Assembly (NCBI GenBank): GCA_046481675.1
Contig: JAWOJJ010000096.1
Span: 7,109 to 71,108, forward strand
Source of the DNA: Bacteroidales bacterium
GTDB taxonomy: Bacteria > Bacteroidota > Bacteroidia > Bacteroidales > UBA10428
DNA: 64,000 nucleotides
Direction: 5' to 3'
In this document: positions 31,277 to 41,799 of the stretch, piece after piece
Position numbering within the stretch: the first letter of the stretch is position 1
Layout: the number at the start of each line of letters is the position of its first letter
The notes under the pieces: generated by a model
Databases searched by the model: none
Told to the model about the DNA's origin: nothing
The model's input: the letters and a program-made list of their open reading frames with translations, nothing else
Program-made: the position numbers and the translations under genes

Positions 31277-31479
31277 TCCCTGGCCGGATCAATCTTACCT
31301 ATCTACTTGATGCTGTATGGATTATACATCTTACAGGAAAGGTATTGCTGACCGAAAAAAAACGGTAAGCAAGAATTGTTTACTCCGGACAAAAATATAA
31401 GAGGATGCGCTTGCAGATAAAAACAAAATTTATATAAATTTACCCCGTTAGTAAGGATAACCTAAATGACTTGTAAAGC

Positions 31480-31776
31480 GTGGCGAAAAAGCGTATTATA
31501 AAATCGTATGAGCAACTGTCGGAGGAGCTGGTAGAAAAATTAAAAGAAAAATACCCCGACGGTTATGAGGATCGGACCATCACCTTCACCAACCCGAGAG
31601 GTGAAATTGAAGTGGCCATTCCATTCGAAACCGACGATATCTATTATCTGATCAAGCTTCCGAGGGTTAATCCGGCTGAAGAGGAAGAAGAACAGGAATC
31701 CTCCTCGTTTGATGAATTCGACAATTTTGAAAGCCTCGAAATTGGTGACGATGTATCCGAGGATGATGATAATTGA
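31480..31776 (+). CDS. Conserved-looking Bacteroidota hypothetical protein with acidic C-terminal tail
   Basis: KRII.SY..L..EL...L.EKYPDGY...I.F....G...A...ET.D..YL.K followed by an E/D-rich tail. It has its own terminator at 31805-31839. Confidence 0.75.
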   Translation: MAKKRIIKSYEQLSEELVEKLKEKYPDGYEDRTITFTNPRGEIEVAIPFETDDIYYLIKLPRVNPAEEEEEQESSSFDEFDNFESLEIGDDVSEDDDN

Positions 31777-31804
31777 GTCTCAACTGACACACACATCATA
31801 CTGC

Positions 31805-31839
31805 CAGGCGCGGACTACCTCCGCGCCTGTTTTTATTTT
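31805..31839 (+). terminator. Rho-independent terminator
   Basis: CAGGCGCGGA-CTACC-TCCGCGCCTG followed by TTTTTATTTT. Confidence 0.8.
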
Positions 31840-31848
31840 ACCACTTGC

Positions 31849-32523
31849 CTACACCCTCCAGTCTATCTCCTGCAACCCATGCCGTGCTAATATTTCATTT
31901 GTTTTTGAGAAATGCCTGCACCCGAAGAATCCGTTGTAGGCCGAATACGGCGACGGATGTGCCGCCTTCAGTATATAATGACGGTTCGTATCGATAATTG
32001 CCTCCTTTTCCTGGGCAAACTTGCCCCACAACAGGAATACCAATCCCACGCGCTTTGCCGAAAGCTTTTCAATAACCGCGTTGGTGAATGTCTCCCATCC
32101 CTTCCGCTGATGCGAACCGGGCTGATTCGCCCGCACCGTTAATGTGGCATTGAGCAACATCACACCTTGGCGTGCCCACTTCTCAAGGCATCCGTGGCCG
32201 GGAACTGGTATTCCCAAATCACTTTCAATTTCCTTAAAAATGTTCACCAGTGACGGAGGTGGTTTGATGCCCCGCGAAACCGAAAAGCATAGGCCATGCG
32301 CCTGGCCCTGACCGTGATACGGATCCTGGCCGAGCAACACCACTCTTACATCTTCAAACGGGGTCAGGTTAAACGCGTTGAAAATCTGGCTTCCCGGAGG
32401 ATATATGGTATGCTTCGACTTTTCATCTACAAGAAATTCCTTGATCTCCATGAAGTATTGTTTACTGAACTCCTCCCTGAGGATTTCTTTCCAGCTTGAT
32501 TCAATCTGAGGATTGATCTCCAT
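31849..32523 (-). CDS. ung: Uracil-DNA glycosylase (family 1)
   Basis: GQDPYHG, AHGLCFSV, PPSL.NI, LLNATLTV and HPSP.S motifs. Confidence 0.98.
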   Translation of the reverse strand: MEINPQIESSWKEILREEFSKQYFMEIKEFLVDEKSKHTIYPPGSQIFNAFNLTPFEDVRVVLLGQDPYHGQGQAHGLCFSVSRGIKPPPSLVNIFKEIESDLGIPVPGHGCLEKWARQGVMLLNATLTVRANQPGSHQRKGWETFTNAVIEKLSAKRVGLVFLLWGKFAQEKEAIIDTNRHYILKAAHPSPYSAYNGFFGCRHFSKTNEILARHGLQEIDWRV

Positions 32524-32705
32524 TTTTTTATCTTAAAATATAAACCCGAAATGCTTTATCTGACAAACTTTTCAACAAGGCAACCAACAGATGCCTCAGT
32601 TATAGCAGGTATTTCAATGTACCTGTGCATGATGCACCTTGTAACTGCCAATAAAATTAGCAAAAGATTTCTTATTTTTGAAAATATACCAACACGTGCG
32701 GAATC

Positions 32706-35489
32706 ATGTTGAAGAAGCATAAATGGACCATCATACCATTTATTATTATTGCAACACTAATTTTTACATCGCTGTATTACCTTACGGTTCGCAAGCACAG
32801 TGCCCCTGCCGAACCCCTGAAGGCCATCCCCGTTAATGCTTCATTCATCGTTAAAGTAAATGATTTTCAAGCTTTACACAGCACCATTTCCATGAATAAT
32901 GCACTGTGGAGTGAATTTATTTCCATTGCAGAATTCAGGCGGATGGATCTTCAGCTTCGTTTTCTCGATTCGCTTTACCTGTCGGCCCCCGAAATTAAAC
33001 AGGTGCTCGACAACCCGCCTTTCTTCATTTCAGGGCACCTCATGGGAAAAGACCGGATCGGGCTGATGCACGTGCTTCACCTGCCGCAACGACAGCAGGC
33101 AAGAAAAATTGAGGACCTGATCGGCAGCCTGGTGGTTCGCTTCGGAACTATTAAAATTCGCAATTACGAGGGAACCGACATTCATGAAGTGGCTCTTCTG
33201 AACGAAAAGCAGGTTGGCAACTTTTCCTTTGCTTTCTATCAGGATATATTGATGGTCAGTTTTTCCACCATCCTGCTCGAAGATGCCATCCGGCAACTCA
33301 TTTCCGGTGAATCGCTGGCTACTGTTCCGGGCTTCCGGCGGCTTTATGAAATGGCCGGGAAAAACGTAGATGCCAATGTGTTTGTCAATTTTGAAGAATT
33401 TCCCAGAAGCTTTTCCATCCTGGTCAGGCCCGAGTCCAAATCGGAAGTACGTTCCATGAAAAACTTCGCGGGCTGGGCCGAACTCGATGTAAACCTGCTG
33501 TCCGACATGTTGCTGATGAATGGTTTTGTGAGTCCGCCCGACTCCCTCTCTTCCATGGCCCGTGTTTTTCTGTCGCAATCACCCCAGCGGGTCACTGCCG
33601 ATGAAGTACTCCCGGCTTCAACCGCTGCCCTGCTTACCATAAGCCTGTCCGATTCCAAAAAGTATATTGAAGATTACCGGGCCTTTCTCCGCGACCAGAA
33701 TTTACTCAGCGGATACGACAATACCCTGAGGTCACTCAACAACGCGTACAGTACCAACTTCCCTGATGACCTGCTGGAAATTATGGATAACGAGCTGACC
33801 CTGGCTTTTGAACCCGGTTCCCGGGAAGACGCCCCGGCTCAGAAATACATACTGATGCGGGTTAAAAGTAAAGCACAGGCCATTGAAAAAATGACCGGGC
33901 TGCTTTCCAAAATAGCAGCCGTGGAATCCAATCCGCTGTCATCCTATATCTCTGATTATAAACTCGACGCGGAGCTCTCCTTTAAAATTTATACCCTGCC
34001 GGTAAACAAATTCGTTTCCAAGGTTTTCGGAAACCTGTTTTCCCCAATCGACAAGCATTACTTCATGGTCATTGAAAACTACCTGGTTTTTTCTGAAACA
34101 CCTGAATCGCTCAAATCGTTGGCCCACAGCTATGTGCTCAACAAAACGCTTAAAAACGAACCTGCTTACAAGGATTTTAAAAACAGCCTTTCCCCGCGTT
34201 CGAATCTCTTGCTTTACTGCAATCTTTTTAAAGGCAACAGCGTTTTCTCTCCCCAACTCACTCCCGAAATCAACCGGTTCTGGATGAAAAATCTTGACGC
34301 TTTTCAGAAAGTCCAGGCGGCAGGAATTCAGCTTTACAACAGCAACAGGATGCTTTATACCAACCTGCTTCTGAAATACATTGAGGGTTACAACTCTTCG
34401 GCCCAAACGGTTTGGGAAAGCAAACTGGATACACTGGCTGCGTTCAAGCCTGTTTTTGTTATGAATCACCGTTCAGGCCAAAATGAAGTCTTTGTGCAGG
34501 ACCTGAAGAACAACATTTACCTGATCAACCAGGTAGGCCGGGTATTATGGAAAATCCGGCTTCCCGAAGCTGTCAACAGCGACATTTACCAGGTGGATTA
34601 TTTCAAAAACGGGAAGCTTCAGCTGCTCTTCAGCACAAAAAACAGGATTTACATGGTGGACCGCAACGGCAATTTCGTGGAAAAATATCCCGTGCAGTTG
34701 AGATCGCCGGCAACCTGCGGATTATCGGTGTTCGATTACGACAATAATAAGAATTACCGGCTTTTTATCGCCTGCGAAGACCGGCACATTTATGCCTACA
34801 CCAAGGAAGGAACCATACTGGCAGGCTGGCAGTTTGGTGAAACCGAAAGCGAAGTCACACAACCTTTGAACCACTTCAGGGTGGGCGATAAGGATTTCCT
34901 GGTATTCGGCGACCGGCTGAAAACCTATATACTCGACCGGAAAGGCGACACCCGGGTGAATGTCGACACCTACTTTCCCCGCTCGGCCAGAAACAATTAC
35001 CTGCTGAACATCCCCCGCGACGGAAGTGCTCCTTCGGTAGTTACCACAGACACCACCGGAAAAGTATATTTCATTGGCTTCAACGGAACCGTTAAAACAG
35101 TGGCCATGCCCGGAGGCTTTTCCAATAACCACTTCTTCGAATACAAGGACCTCAACGGAGACGGCCGGCCTGAATTTATCTTTACCGATAACGAGAGACT
35201 CACCGTTTATAACAGCGACCAGTCTGCCCGGTTCACTTATAAATTTAAGGAACCGGTCACTGTGAAACCTCTTACCTACCAGTTTTCTGCCTCCGACCGC
35301 AAGCTGGGGGTTGTTGCCGCCCGCGATAATCTGATCTATCTGTTCAATAATAACGGTGAACTCTATTCCGGTTTCCCCCTGCAGGGAAATACACCCTTCA
35401 GCATCGGAAATTTCGGGGATTCGCTTGCCCGTTTCAACCTGGTAGTCGGAAGCCGCGACAATTTCCTCTATAACTACAGGGTGAAATGA
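32706..35489 (+). CDS. Large membrane-anchored hypothetical protein (DUF3352-like N-region, C-terminal beta-propeller)
   Basis: 927-aa ORF with an N-terminal TM anchor, AIP.NA motif and repeated propeller/FG-GAP-like blades (VDYFKNGKLQ, FDYDNNKNYR, KDLNGDGRPE). A -7 element TATTTTTG is at 32673. The family call is tentative. Confidence 0.7.
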   Translation: MLKKHKWTIIPFIIIATLIFTSLYYLTVRKHSAPAEPLKAIPVNASFIVKVNDFQALHSTISMNNALWSEFISIAEFRRMDLQLRFLDSLYLSAPEIKQVLDNPPFFISGHLMGKDRIGLMHVLHLPQRQQARKIEDLIGSLVVRFGTIKIRNYEGTDIHEVALLNEKQVGNFSFAFYQDILMVSFSTILLEDAIRQLISGESLATVPGFRRLYEMAGKNVDANVFVNFEEFPRSFSILVRPESKSEVRSMKNFAGWAELDVNLLSDMLLMNGFVSPPDSLSSMARVFLSQSPQRVTADEVLPASTAALLTISLSDSKKYIEDYRAFLRDQNLLSGYDNTLRSLNNAYSTNFPDDLLEIMDNELTLAFEPGSREDAPAQKYILMRVKSKAQAIEKMTGLLSKIAAVESNPLSSYISDYKLDAELSFKIYTLPVNKFVSKVFGNLFSPIDKHYFMVIENYLVFSETPESLKSLAHSYVLNKTLKNEPAYKDFKNSLSPRSNLLLYCNLFKGNSVFSPQLTPEINRFWMKNLDAFQKVQAAGIQLYNSNRMLYTNLLLKYIEGYNSSAQTVWESKLDTLAAFKPVFVMNHRSGQNEVFVQDLKNNIYLINQVGRVLWKIRLPEAVNSDIYQVDYFKNGKLQLLFSTKNRIYMVDRNGNFVEKYPVQLRSPATCGLSVFDYDNNKNYRLFIACEDRHIYAYTKEGTILAGWQFGETESEVTQPLNHFRVGDKDFLVFGDRLKTYILDRKGDTRVNVDTYFPRSARNNYLLNIPRDGSAPSVVTTDTTGKVYFIGFNGTVKTVAMPGGFSNNHFFEYKDLNGDGRPEFIFTDNERLTVYNSDQSARFTYKFKEPVTVKPLTYQFSASDRKLGVVAARDNLIYLFNNNGELYSGFPLQGNTPFSIGNFGDSLARFNLVVGSRDNFLYNYRVK

Positions 35490-35805
35490 CGGGTTGCAGC
35501 AGATTCAGAAAAGCGCTCAGTGAATTTTTTCTTTTTCAAAGCATGCTATATCTTGTTGATTCTCTGAATATAAATGATCTGATCGGGCTTACCCCCTGCG
35601 CAACTGAAAAAAAATATTGAAAATTTCTCAAGCATAGGTAACATTCTAAAATCATTTCAGTATAATATGCATAATTGCGAAAAAGGTTATTAACAGATTA
35701 GTGTTAATTTTGATTTGCTGTTATACAATATTTTTGCTTATTTTACCTTTTATGTAGGCGGTTTATAGCCAACTGCAAAACAGTATTAAAGTAGGATAAC
35801 AGAAA

Positions 35806-36759
35806 ATGAGAAAATTAATCATCGTCTTTTTTACATTGGCCTTAGGGTCAGTGGCCTTTACGCAGCAAGAAAGACAGGTAAGTCATTATATGTACGACCA
35901 CATCTCATTTAATCCGGGTTCGGCAGGCAGCACCGACATGATCTCCACCACACTTATTGGGCGGCAGCAATGGGTGGGTTTTGATGGCGCACCCGAAAAT
36001 CTGGTTGGGAACCTGAGCGCGCCATTCAAGCTGGGTTCCACACATCATGGTGTTGGCTTATCCATTACCTATGACAAAATTGCCTTTAATGTAGATTACA
36101 ATATTTCCGGATCTTACGCATACCAATTTTCGGTTGGTGGCGGAAAGCTTGGAATTGGCGCCAGCGTCATCTATCAAAACCGCCAACTGGATGCTGAATG
36201 GTTTCTCCCCTCAACCGATCCCTTTGTACAGCCCGGCAGCGACGGTGCCATTCCACAGGAAAGCCAGAATGAATCATTGTTTGACATGGGCTTCGGATTG
36301 TTTTACCAGACCGATGAATTATATATGGGCATCTCCTCAACCCACATCCTGGAGAGCGAGTTTGCCTTTACCGCAGATTTAGGTGATGCCGCTGAAAAAA
36401 AGGCGCGGCAATATTACCTGACTGCCGGATACAATCTTTCGCTGTCAAATCCACTGTTGGAGTTTCAGCCGTCTGTTTTCGTCATGTCTGATGCCAGCTC
36501 CACAAAAATTGACGTAAATGCCACACTGATGTACAATAAAAAGTTCTGGGGCGGCGTTTCATATCGGGTTGGCAGTGCGGTAGTTGGAATGGTGGGCTTA
36601 AACATATTTAACGGTGTTCGTATAGGTTACGCCTACGATTTCGCAACATCAGCCATCACCAAATTTTCGTCGGGTTCACATGAACTGATGGTCGGTTACA
36701 GTTTTACTGTGGGAGTGGAAAAAATTCCCCAAAAATACAAGAGTATAAGGTATCTTTAA
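35806..36759 (+). CDS. porP: T9SS membrane protein PorP/SprF family
   Basis: SHYMY...FNPG.AG, RQQWVGFDGAP, GYAYD..TS and SGSHE motifs, first gene of the porPKLMN operon. Confidence 0.93.
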   Translation: MRKLIIVFFTLALGSVAFTQQERQVSHYMYDHISFNPGSAGSTDMISTTLIGRQQWVGFDGAPENLVGNLSAPFKLGSTHHGVGLSITYDKIAFNVDYNISGSYAYQFSVGGGKLGIGASVIYQNRQLDAEWFLPSTDPFVQPGSDGAIPQESQNESLFDMGFGLFYQTDELYMGISSTHILESEFAFTADLGDAAEKKARQYYLTAGYNLSLSNPLLEFQPSVFVMSDASSTKIDVNATLMYNKKFWGGVSYRVGSAVVGMVGLNIFNGVRIGYAYDFATSAITKFSSGSHELMVGYSFTVGVEKIPQKYKSIRYL

Positions 36760-36800
36760 TATAAAAAACGGCTTCTTATTTCGGATAAACATCATTGAGT

Positions 36801-38144
36801 ATGAAAAAGTTATTTTCTTTAGTATTTGTGCTGGCACTGTTAGTTATCAGTAGTTGCTCCGGAGGAGGCTCAGGCAGTGGCGAACTTGTAGGTGTAGAAG
36901 GAAGGCCAAAAGCTTATGCTGAACCCGATCCTTACGGTATGGTTTTCATACCCCAGGGAAGTTACAACATGGGTGTAAACGACCAGGAAGTTGCCTGGGC
37001 CCAGTCGTCACAAACCAAGACGGTTACAGTAGAGCCATTCTGGATGGACGAAACTGAAATTACCAACAACGAGTACCGGCAGTTTGTTTTCTGGGTGCGC
37101 GATTCCATCTTTCGCCGTATGCTTGGAGAACAACTTGATGATTATGTAGTTACCGAAGACGGTTACGGTAATCCTATTGAGCCTCCGGCCATCAACTGGG
37201 ATGCCAGGATTGACACCCGTGAGGAGGAAGTTAACGAAATCCTGAGCGAAATGTACCTCAATCAGCAGGAACGTTTCTATAACAAAAAAGAACTGGATAC
37301 CCGGAAACTCAACTACGAGTATTTCTGGATCGACCTGAAACAGGCTTCGCGTAAGCAAAACCGTTATAACTTCGACACCAAGAAGTACGAAGGTTTCATC
37401 ATTGACAACCAGGGTGAAAAGGTTGAGATTAAAGACCGTTCGAGCTTTGTAATTCGCGACATGGTCAATGTGTATCCCGACACACTGGTTTGGATCGCCG
37501 ACTTTACCTACTCATTCAATGAGCCCATGACACTCATGTACTTCTGGCATCCTTCATACGACAATTATCCTGTTGTTGGAGTTACCTGGAAACAGGCTAC
37601 AGCATTCTGTATCTGGAGATCCATGTTGCTGAATGCCGCTCTGAGATCAGGTGGAGGTTCAGGCGCACACGACTACCGCCTTCCGCTCGAAGCGGAATGG
37701 GAATATGCCGCCCGCGGCGGTCTGGAAAACTCCATGTACCCCTGGGGAGGCTACTACACCAGGAACAAAGACGGTTGCTTTTTGGCTAACTTCAAACCCC
37801 TTCGTGGTAATTATGCCGATGACGGTGGTGTAACAACTGTTCCGGTTGGCACTTACCAACCCAACGAATACGGCTTGTATGATATGGCAGGTAACGTGGC
37901 TGAATGGACCTTAACCGCTTTCGATGAATCATCCTATGCATTCTCACACGACCTCAACCCCGATTACCGTTATAATGCCCATCCCGATGACCCCCCGGTT
38001 ATGAAAAGAAAAGTGATCCGTGGCGGTTCATGGAAGGACATTGGCTACTTCATGCAAAACGGTACCCGCGCTTACGAATACCAGGACACCTCCAAATCCT
38101 ATATCGGTTTCCGTTGCGTAAGACCTGTACTCGGAGGAATCTAA
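36801..38144 (+). CDS. gldK: T9SS/gliding lipoprotein GldK/PorK
   Basis: Lipoprotein with GELVG, PYGMVFIP.GS, DETEITNNEYRQF, YPVVGVTW.QA, RLP.EAEWEYAARGG and IGFRCV (FGE-sulfatase fold). Confidence 0.95.
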   Translation: MKKLFSLVFVLALLVISSCSGGGSGSGELVGVEGRPKAYAEPDPYGMVFIPQGSYNMGVNDQEVAWAQSSQTKTVTVEPFWMDETEITNNEYRQFVFWVRDSIFRRMLGEQLDDYVVTEDGYGNPIEPPAINWDARIDTREEEVNEILSEMYLNQQERFYNKKELDTRKLNYEYFWIDLKQASRKQNRYNFDTKKYEGFIIDNQGEKVEIKDRSSFVIRDMVNVYPDTLVWIADFTYSFNEPMTLMYFWHPSYDNYPVVGVTWKQATAFCIWRSMLLNAALRSGGGSGAHDYRLPLEAEWEYAARGGLENSMYPWGGYYTRNKDGCFLANFKPLRGNYADDGGVTTVPVGTYQPNEYGLYDMAGNVAEWTLTAFDESSYAFSHDLNPDYRYNAHPDDPPVMKRKVIRGGSWKDIGYFMQNGTRAYEYQDTSKSYIGFRCVRPVLGGI

Positions 38145-38199
38145 AAGAAACACCACATTATACAAAACATAACTAATCCAATTTAACGCTCAAATTATT

Positions 38200-39135
38200 A
38201 TGGCAAGCATAGCAGATATTACCGCAAGTTCCGGCTGGAAAAAATTCATGGCCAAGTTGTACGGCTGGGGAGCCTCAGTTGTGATTATCGGTGCCCTTTT
38301 TAAAATTCAGCACTGGAAATTTGCCGGCTTGTTCCTGACACTGGGTCTGTTGACAGAAGCTATCATTTTCTTCTTTTCTGCATTCGAACCCCTTCATGAA
38401 GAACTCGACTGGACCCTGGTTTATCCGGAACTGGCAGGCATGTCGGAACAGGATGAAATGGAAGAAATGAAGGAACTGGGCGGAGCCATGGGCGGAAGAC
38501 CTGTGGAACGTATTGAGAACCTGCTTGGCGAAGCCAGCCTCAATGAGGATACCCTGAAGAATATTGGCGACGGCCTGAAAAAACTGAATACGGCTGCCTC
38601 CGGTATTGCCGAAATATCAGGCGCAACTGCTGCCACGCAGGAATTCCTGAAGAATTTACAAACTGCCTCAGGATCTGTGGGCAGCATGAACGAAGCCTAT
38701 ACCACCACCGTTCAGTCGATTAAGGAATCTGCCGGCTCACTTGCCGCAGCTTACCTTTCATCAGCTGAACAGGTTTCCAAATCGGGCAGCGAAGTTGCCG
38801 GATCTTATCAGAAAATTGCTGATTCCCTTAAGGGCGAACACGATATGATTTCACAGAGTGGTAAGGCACACGAAGAACACCTCGAAGCACTGAATAAAAA
38901 CCTGGCCGCACTGAATGCAGTGTACGAACTGCAGGTGAAGGAAGGTTCCAACCACCTTAAAGGAACCCAGCAGGTTTATTCCGGTATTGAGGATATGATC
39001 ACAAAACTGAAGGATTCTATCGACGAAACCGGCAGGTATAAAGAAGAAGTGGTAAAACTTCGTGACAACCTTTCATCTCTCAATAACATCTATGGCAATA
39101 TGTTGTCAGCCATGAACGTGATTATTAATAAGTAA
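38200..39135 (+). CDS. gldL: T9SS motor subunit GldL/PorL
   Basis: YGWGASVVIIGALFKIQHW, GLLTEA.IFF.SAFEP, DW.LVYPEL and LN.IYGNML.AM motifs. Confidence 0.96.
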   Translation: MASIADITASSGWKKFMAKLYGWGASVVIIGALFKIQHWKFAGLFLTLGLLTEAIIFFFSAFEPLHEELDWTLVYPELAGMSEQDEMEEMKELGGAMGGRPVERIENLLGEASLNEDTLKNIGDGLKKLNTAASGIAEISGATAATQEFLKNLQTASGSVGSMNEAYTTTVQSIKESAGSLAAAYLSSAEQVSKSGSEVAGSYQKIADSLKGEHDMISQSGKAHEEHLEALNKNLAALNAVYELQVKEGSNHLKGTQQVYSGIEDMITKLKDSIDETGRYKEEVVKLRDNLSSLNNIYGNMLSAMNVIINK

Positions 39136-39155
39136 TTAATCAGCGCATCACAATT

Positions 39156-40832
39156 ATGGCACACGGCAAAGAAACTCCCAGACAAAAAATGATCGGTATG
39201 ATGTATTTGGTGCTGACTGCATTGTTGGCACTGAATGTATCAACCAGTGTGCTCGACGCATTCAAGATCATTGATGAAGGACTGGAGAAGACCGGGATCA
39301 CCATGTTCAACAAAAACAAAGACATCTACAATGAGTTTGACCAGGCCTACCAGTTAAATCAAAGCAAAACCAAAGTTTGGCGCGACAGGGCACTTCAGGT
39401 GCAGGAAAGAACACAGAAAGCATATGATTATATCCAGGACCTGAAACTGAAAACATTGAACCAGGCCGAGCGCGGCAAATCCGCAGCCATCGAAGGTAAA
39501 ACCATTAACCGCGACGAAATTGAGGCTACAACCGATTATGATACACCTCATAACGTGATGATCGGCAGCGAACTCAACGACAAAAGTGAGGCCCGCAAAC
39601 TGAAAAACGAAATTGCAGCACTGCGCGAATTCATGCTTACCGTAGTAACTGAAAAAGAGTTGCCCGAGCAGCTGAAACAGTCAATTTCCAAGAGTCTGGA
39701 TACAGACCCCCCGGTTGTTGGAAAAGGAAAAAAGAAGGATCCCTCACTGAACACATGGGAATACCATAAATTCGGACACTCCCCGCTGATGGGCTTCCTG
39801 GCCATCATGTCGTCATTGCAAATCGACCTGCGGAACGCCGAATCGGAAATGATCAATTACCTGTACGCCCAGATCAGCGCCGGTGAAGTTAAATTCAACG
39901 AACTCGAAGCTGTGGTGATCCCCAACTCCAATTACATCATCAGGGGTAACCCATATAAAGCCAACATCTTCCTCGCTGCACGCGATACCACACAGGCACC
40001 CGATATTTACGTGGTGGAAGGTGTGAGCCAGCCCTGGACGGAAACCATTGACCCCACCACAGGAGTAAAAAAATACGAGCGCAGGGAAGGTCTCAACTAT
40101 ACCAAGGTGCCTGCTGAAAAAGGAACCGGCAAGGGTGTTTTCGAACGTTCCGGAAGCTCGCTCGGTCAGCGTACCTGGGGTGGTATCATCGAAATCAAAG
40201 GACCCGGCGGCGAACCCATCATCAGACCCTTCTCGGCTGAATATACCGTGGCTGAAGGCGCTGTTGTGGTTTCTCCTACCAAAATGAACGTATTCTACCT
40301 GGGTGTCGACAACCCGGTTGAAATATCCGTATCCGGCGTGGGCGGCAATAAAATCCGTGCCAACGCTTCAAACGGTGTGCTGGAACAACGCGGCAACTCC
40401 TATATCATGCGGGCCAAAAGATTGGGGAATTGCATGATCTCTGTTTCCGCCGAACTCGACGGCAAATGGTCAACCGTGGGCACCAAGGAATTCCGCGTGA
40501 AAGCCGTTCCCGACCCGGTGGCTACAGTGAACAACCAAAAAGGCGGTATGATTGCCAAAAACGTGCTGCTGGCACAACAGGGCGTAATGGCCTCCATGCC
40601 CCCCGACTTTGACTTCGATCTGAAATTTAACGTGACCAGTTTTACCGTTATGTGTATTGTTCAGGGTTTCGTACAGGAAAAAATAGTGAAAGGCAATATG
40701 TTCACCCAGGAGGTGCGGAATCTGATCAACAACCAGAACAAGGGAAATTCCGTGTATATTCAGGATATCAAAGCGGTTGGCCCCGATGGAACAATCAGAA
40801 ATCTTTCAACAATTAACTTCAAGCTGAATTAA
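39156..40832 (+). CDS. gldM: T9SS motor subunit GldM/PorM
   Basis: TPRQKMIGMMYLVLTALLALNVS, KMNVFYLGVDNP and FRVK.VPDP motifs. Confidence 0.96.
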   Translation: MAHGKETPRQKMIGMMYLVLTALLALNVSTSVLDAFKIIDEGLEKTGITMFNKNKDIYNEFDQAYQLNQSKTKVWRDRALQVQERTQKAYDYIQDLKLKTLNQAERGKSAAIEGKTINRDEIEATTDYDTPHNVMIGSELNDKSEARKLKNEIAALREFMLTVVTEKELPEQLKQSISKSLDTDPPVVGKGKKKDPSLNTWEYHKFGHSPLMGFLAIMSSLQIDLRNAESEMINYLYAQISAGEVKFNELEAVVIPNSNYIIRGNPYKANIFLAARDTTQAPDIYVVEGVSQPWTETIDPTTGVKKYERREGLNYTKVPAEKGTGKGVFERSGSSLGQRTWGGIIEIKGPGGEPIIRPFSAEYTVAEGAVVVSPTKMNVFYLGVDNPVEISVSGVGGNKIRANASNGVLEQRGNSYIMRAKRLGNCMISVSAELDGKWSTVGTKEFRVKAVPDPVATVNNQKGGMIAKNVLLAQQGVMASMPPDFDFDLKFNVTSFTVMCIVQGFVQEKIVKGNMFTQEVRNLINNQNKGNSVYIQDIKAVGPDGTIRNLSTINFKLN

Positions 40833-40851
40833 TTTATTAAACTATAGTCGA

Positions 40852-41715
40852 ATGAAACGAGTTGCTTTTTTAATGATGGGATTGGCGATGTTCCTGGTTA
40901 CACCGCAGAAAGCGAAAGCCCAGGATATTCTTACCGAAGTGTATACCCGTGAGCACATTCCTAACAAAACTCCGGTGCCTTACTCCTACCTGCGCGAAGC
41001 CGACGTGATGTGGGCCAAGGATATTTACAGGATCATCGACCTGAAGCAGAAACAAAACCTGCCGCTCTACTACCCCACCAAGCCAATCAACGACAGGTAC
41101 AACCTGGTACAGCTGATACTCTGGGGAATCGACAACGAAGGCATCCGTGCCTTTTCTTCCGACGATCCGAATAATGAATTTACGATTCCGCTCGACCGTA
41201 CCAAGATTGATGCCTATTTTGGCGCCGGAACCGATGTAATCCAAAAAACTGATATGAACACAGGTTTTGTTTCGGATACCACCATTTACAATGAAAGAAG
41301 AATCGAGGAGGTGAAACAAATCATGGTAAAGGAAAAATGGTTCTTCGATAAAAACCACTCCGTAATGAACGTGAGAATCGTAGGCCTGTGCCCGATCAGG
41401 GTTTACTACCAGCTCGACGATCAGGGTATGCCCACCGAAACCATCCTGAAACAAAAAACCGTATGGGTTTACTTCCCCGAACTGAGGCCCCTGTTCACAC
41501 GCCATGAGATGTTCAACGAGAACAACGATGCACAGCGCATTTCATTCGACGACTTTTTCTCACAACGCCGGTTCAACAGTTACATCTTCGGAGAATCCAA
41601 CGTATATTCAAACCGCAACATCGGTTCCTATGCCCTGGGCATGGACGCCCTGCTCGAAGCAGAAAGGGTGAAACAATACCTGTTTGAAACCGAACACGAC
41701 CTTTGGGAGTATTAG
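40852..41715 (+). CDS. gldN: T9SS/gliding protein GldN/PorN
   Basis: READVMW.K.IYR.IDL..KQNLPLYYP, KE.WFFDK, SFDDFF..RRF.SYI and E.DLWEY motifs. Confidence 0.95.
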   Translation: MKRVAFLMMGLAMFLVTPQKAKAQDILTEVYTREHIPNKTPVPYSYLREADVMWAKDIYRIIDLKQKQNLPLYYPTKPINDRYNLVQLILWGIDNEGIRAFSSDDPNNEFTIPLDRTKIDAYFGAGTDVIQKTDMNTGFVSDTTIYNERRIEEVKQIMVKEKWFFDKNHSVMNVRIVGLCPIRVYYQLDDQGMPTETILKQKTVWVYFPELRPLFTRHEMFNENNDAQRISFDDFFSQRRFNSYIFGESNVYSNRNIGSYALGMDALLEAERVKQYLFETEHDLWEY

Positions 41716-41719
41716 TAGC

Positions 41720-41771
41720 GTGACAAGGGACAAGCTTGCCTGCCGGAATGAATATGCAGGCAGGAGACAAG
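41720..41771. repeat. GNGACAA heptamer array interrupted by a 30-bp CYTGCCTGC...GCAGGCAGG palindrome
   Basis: gtgacaa gggacaa g[cttgcctgccggaatgaatatgcaggcagg]agacaag. Removing 41735-41764 restores the 7-bp register. Confidence 0.7.
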
Positions 41772-41799
41772 TTGGGATTAGTTTTCCCGGATAACATAT

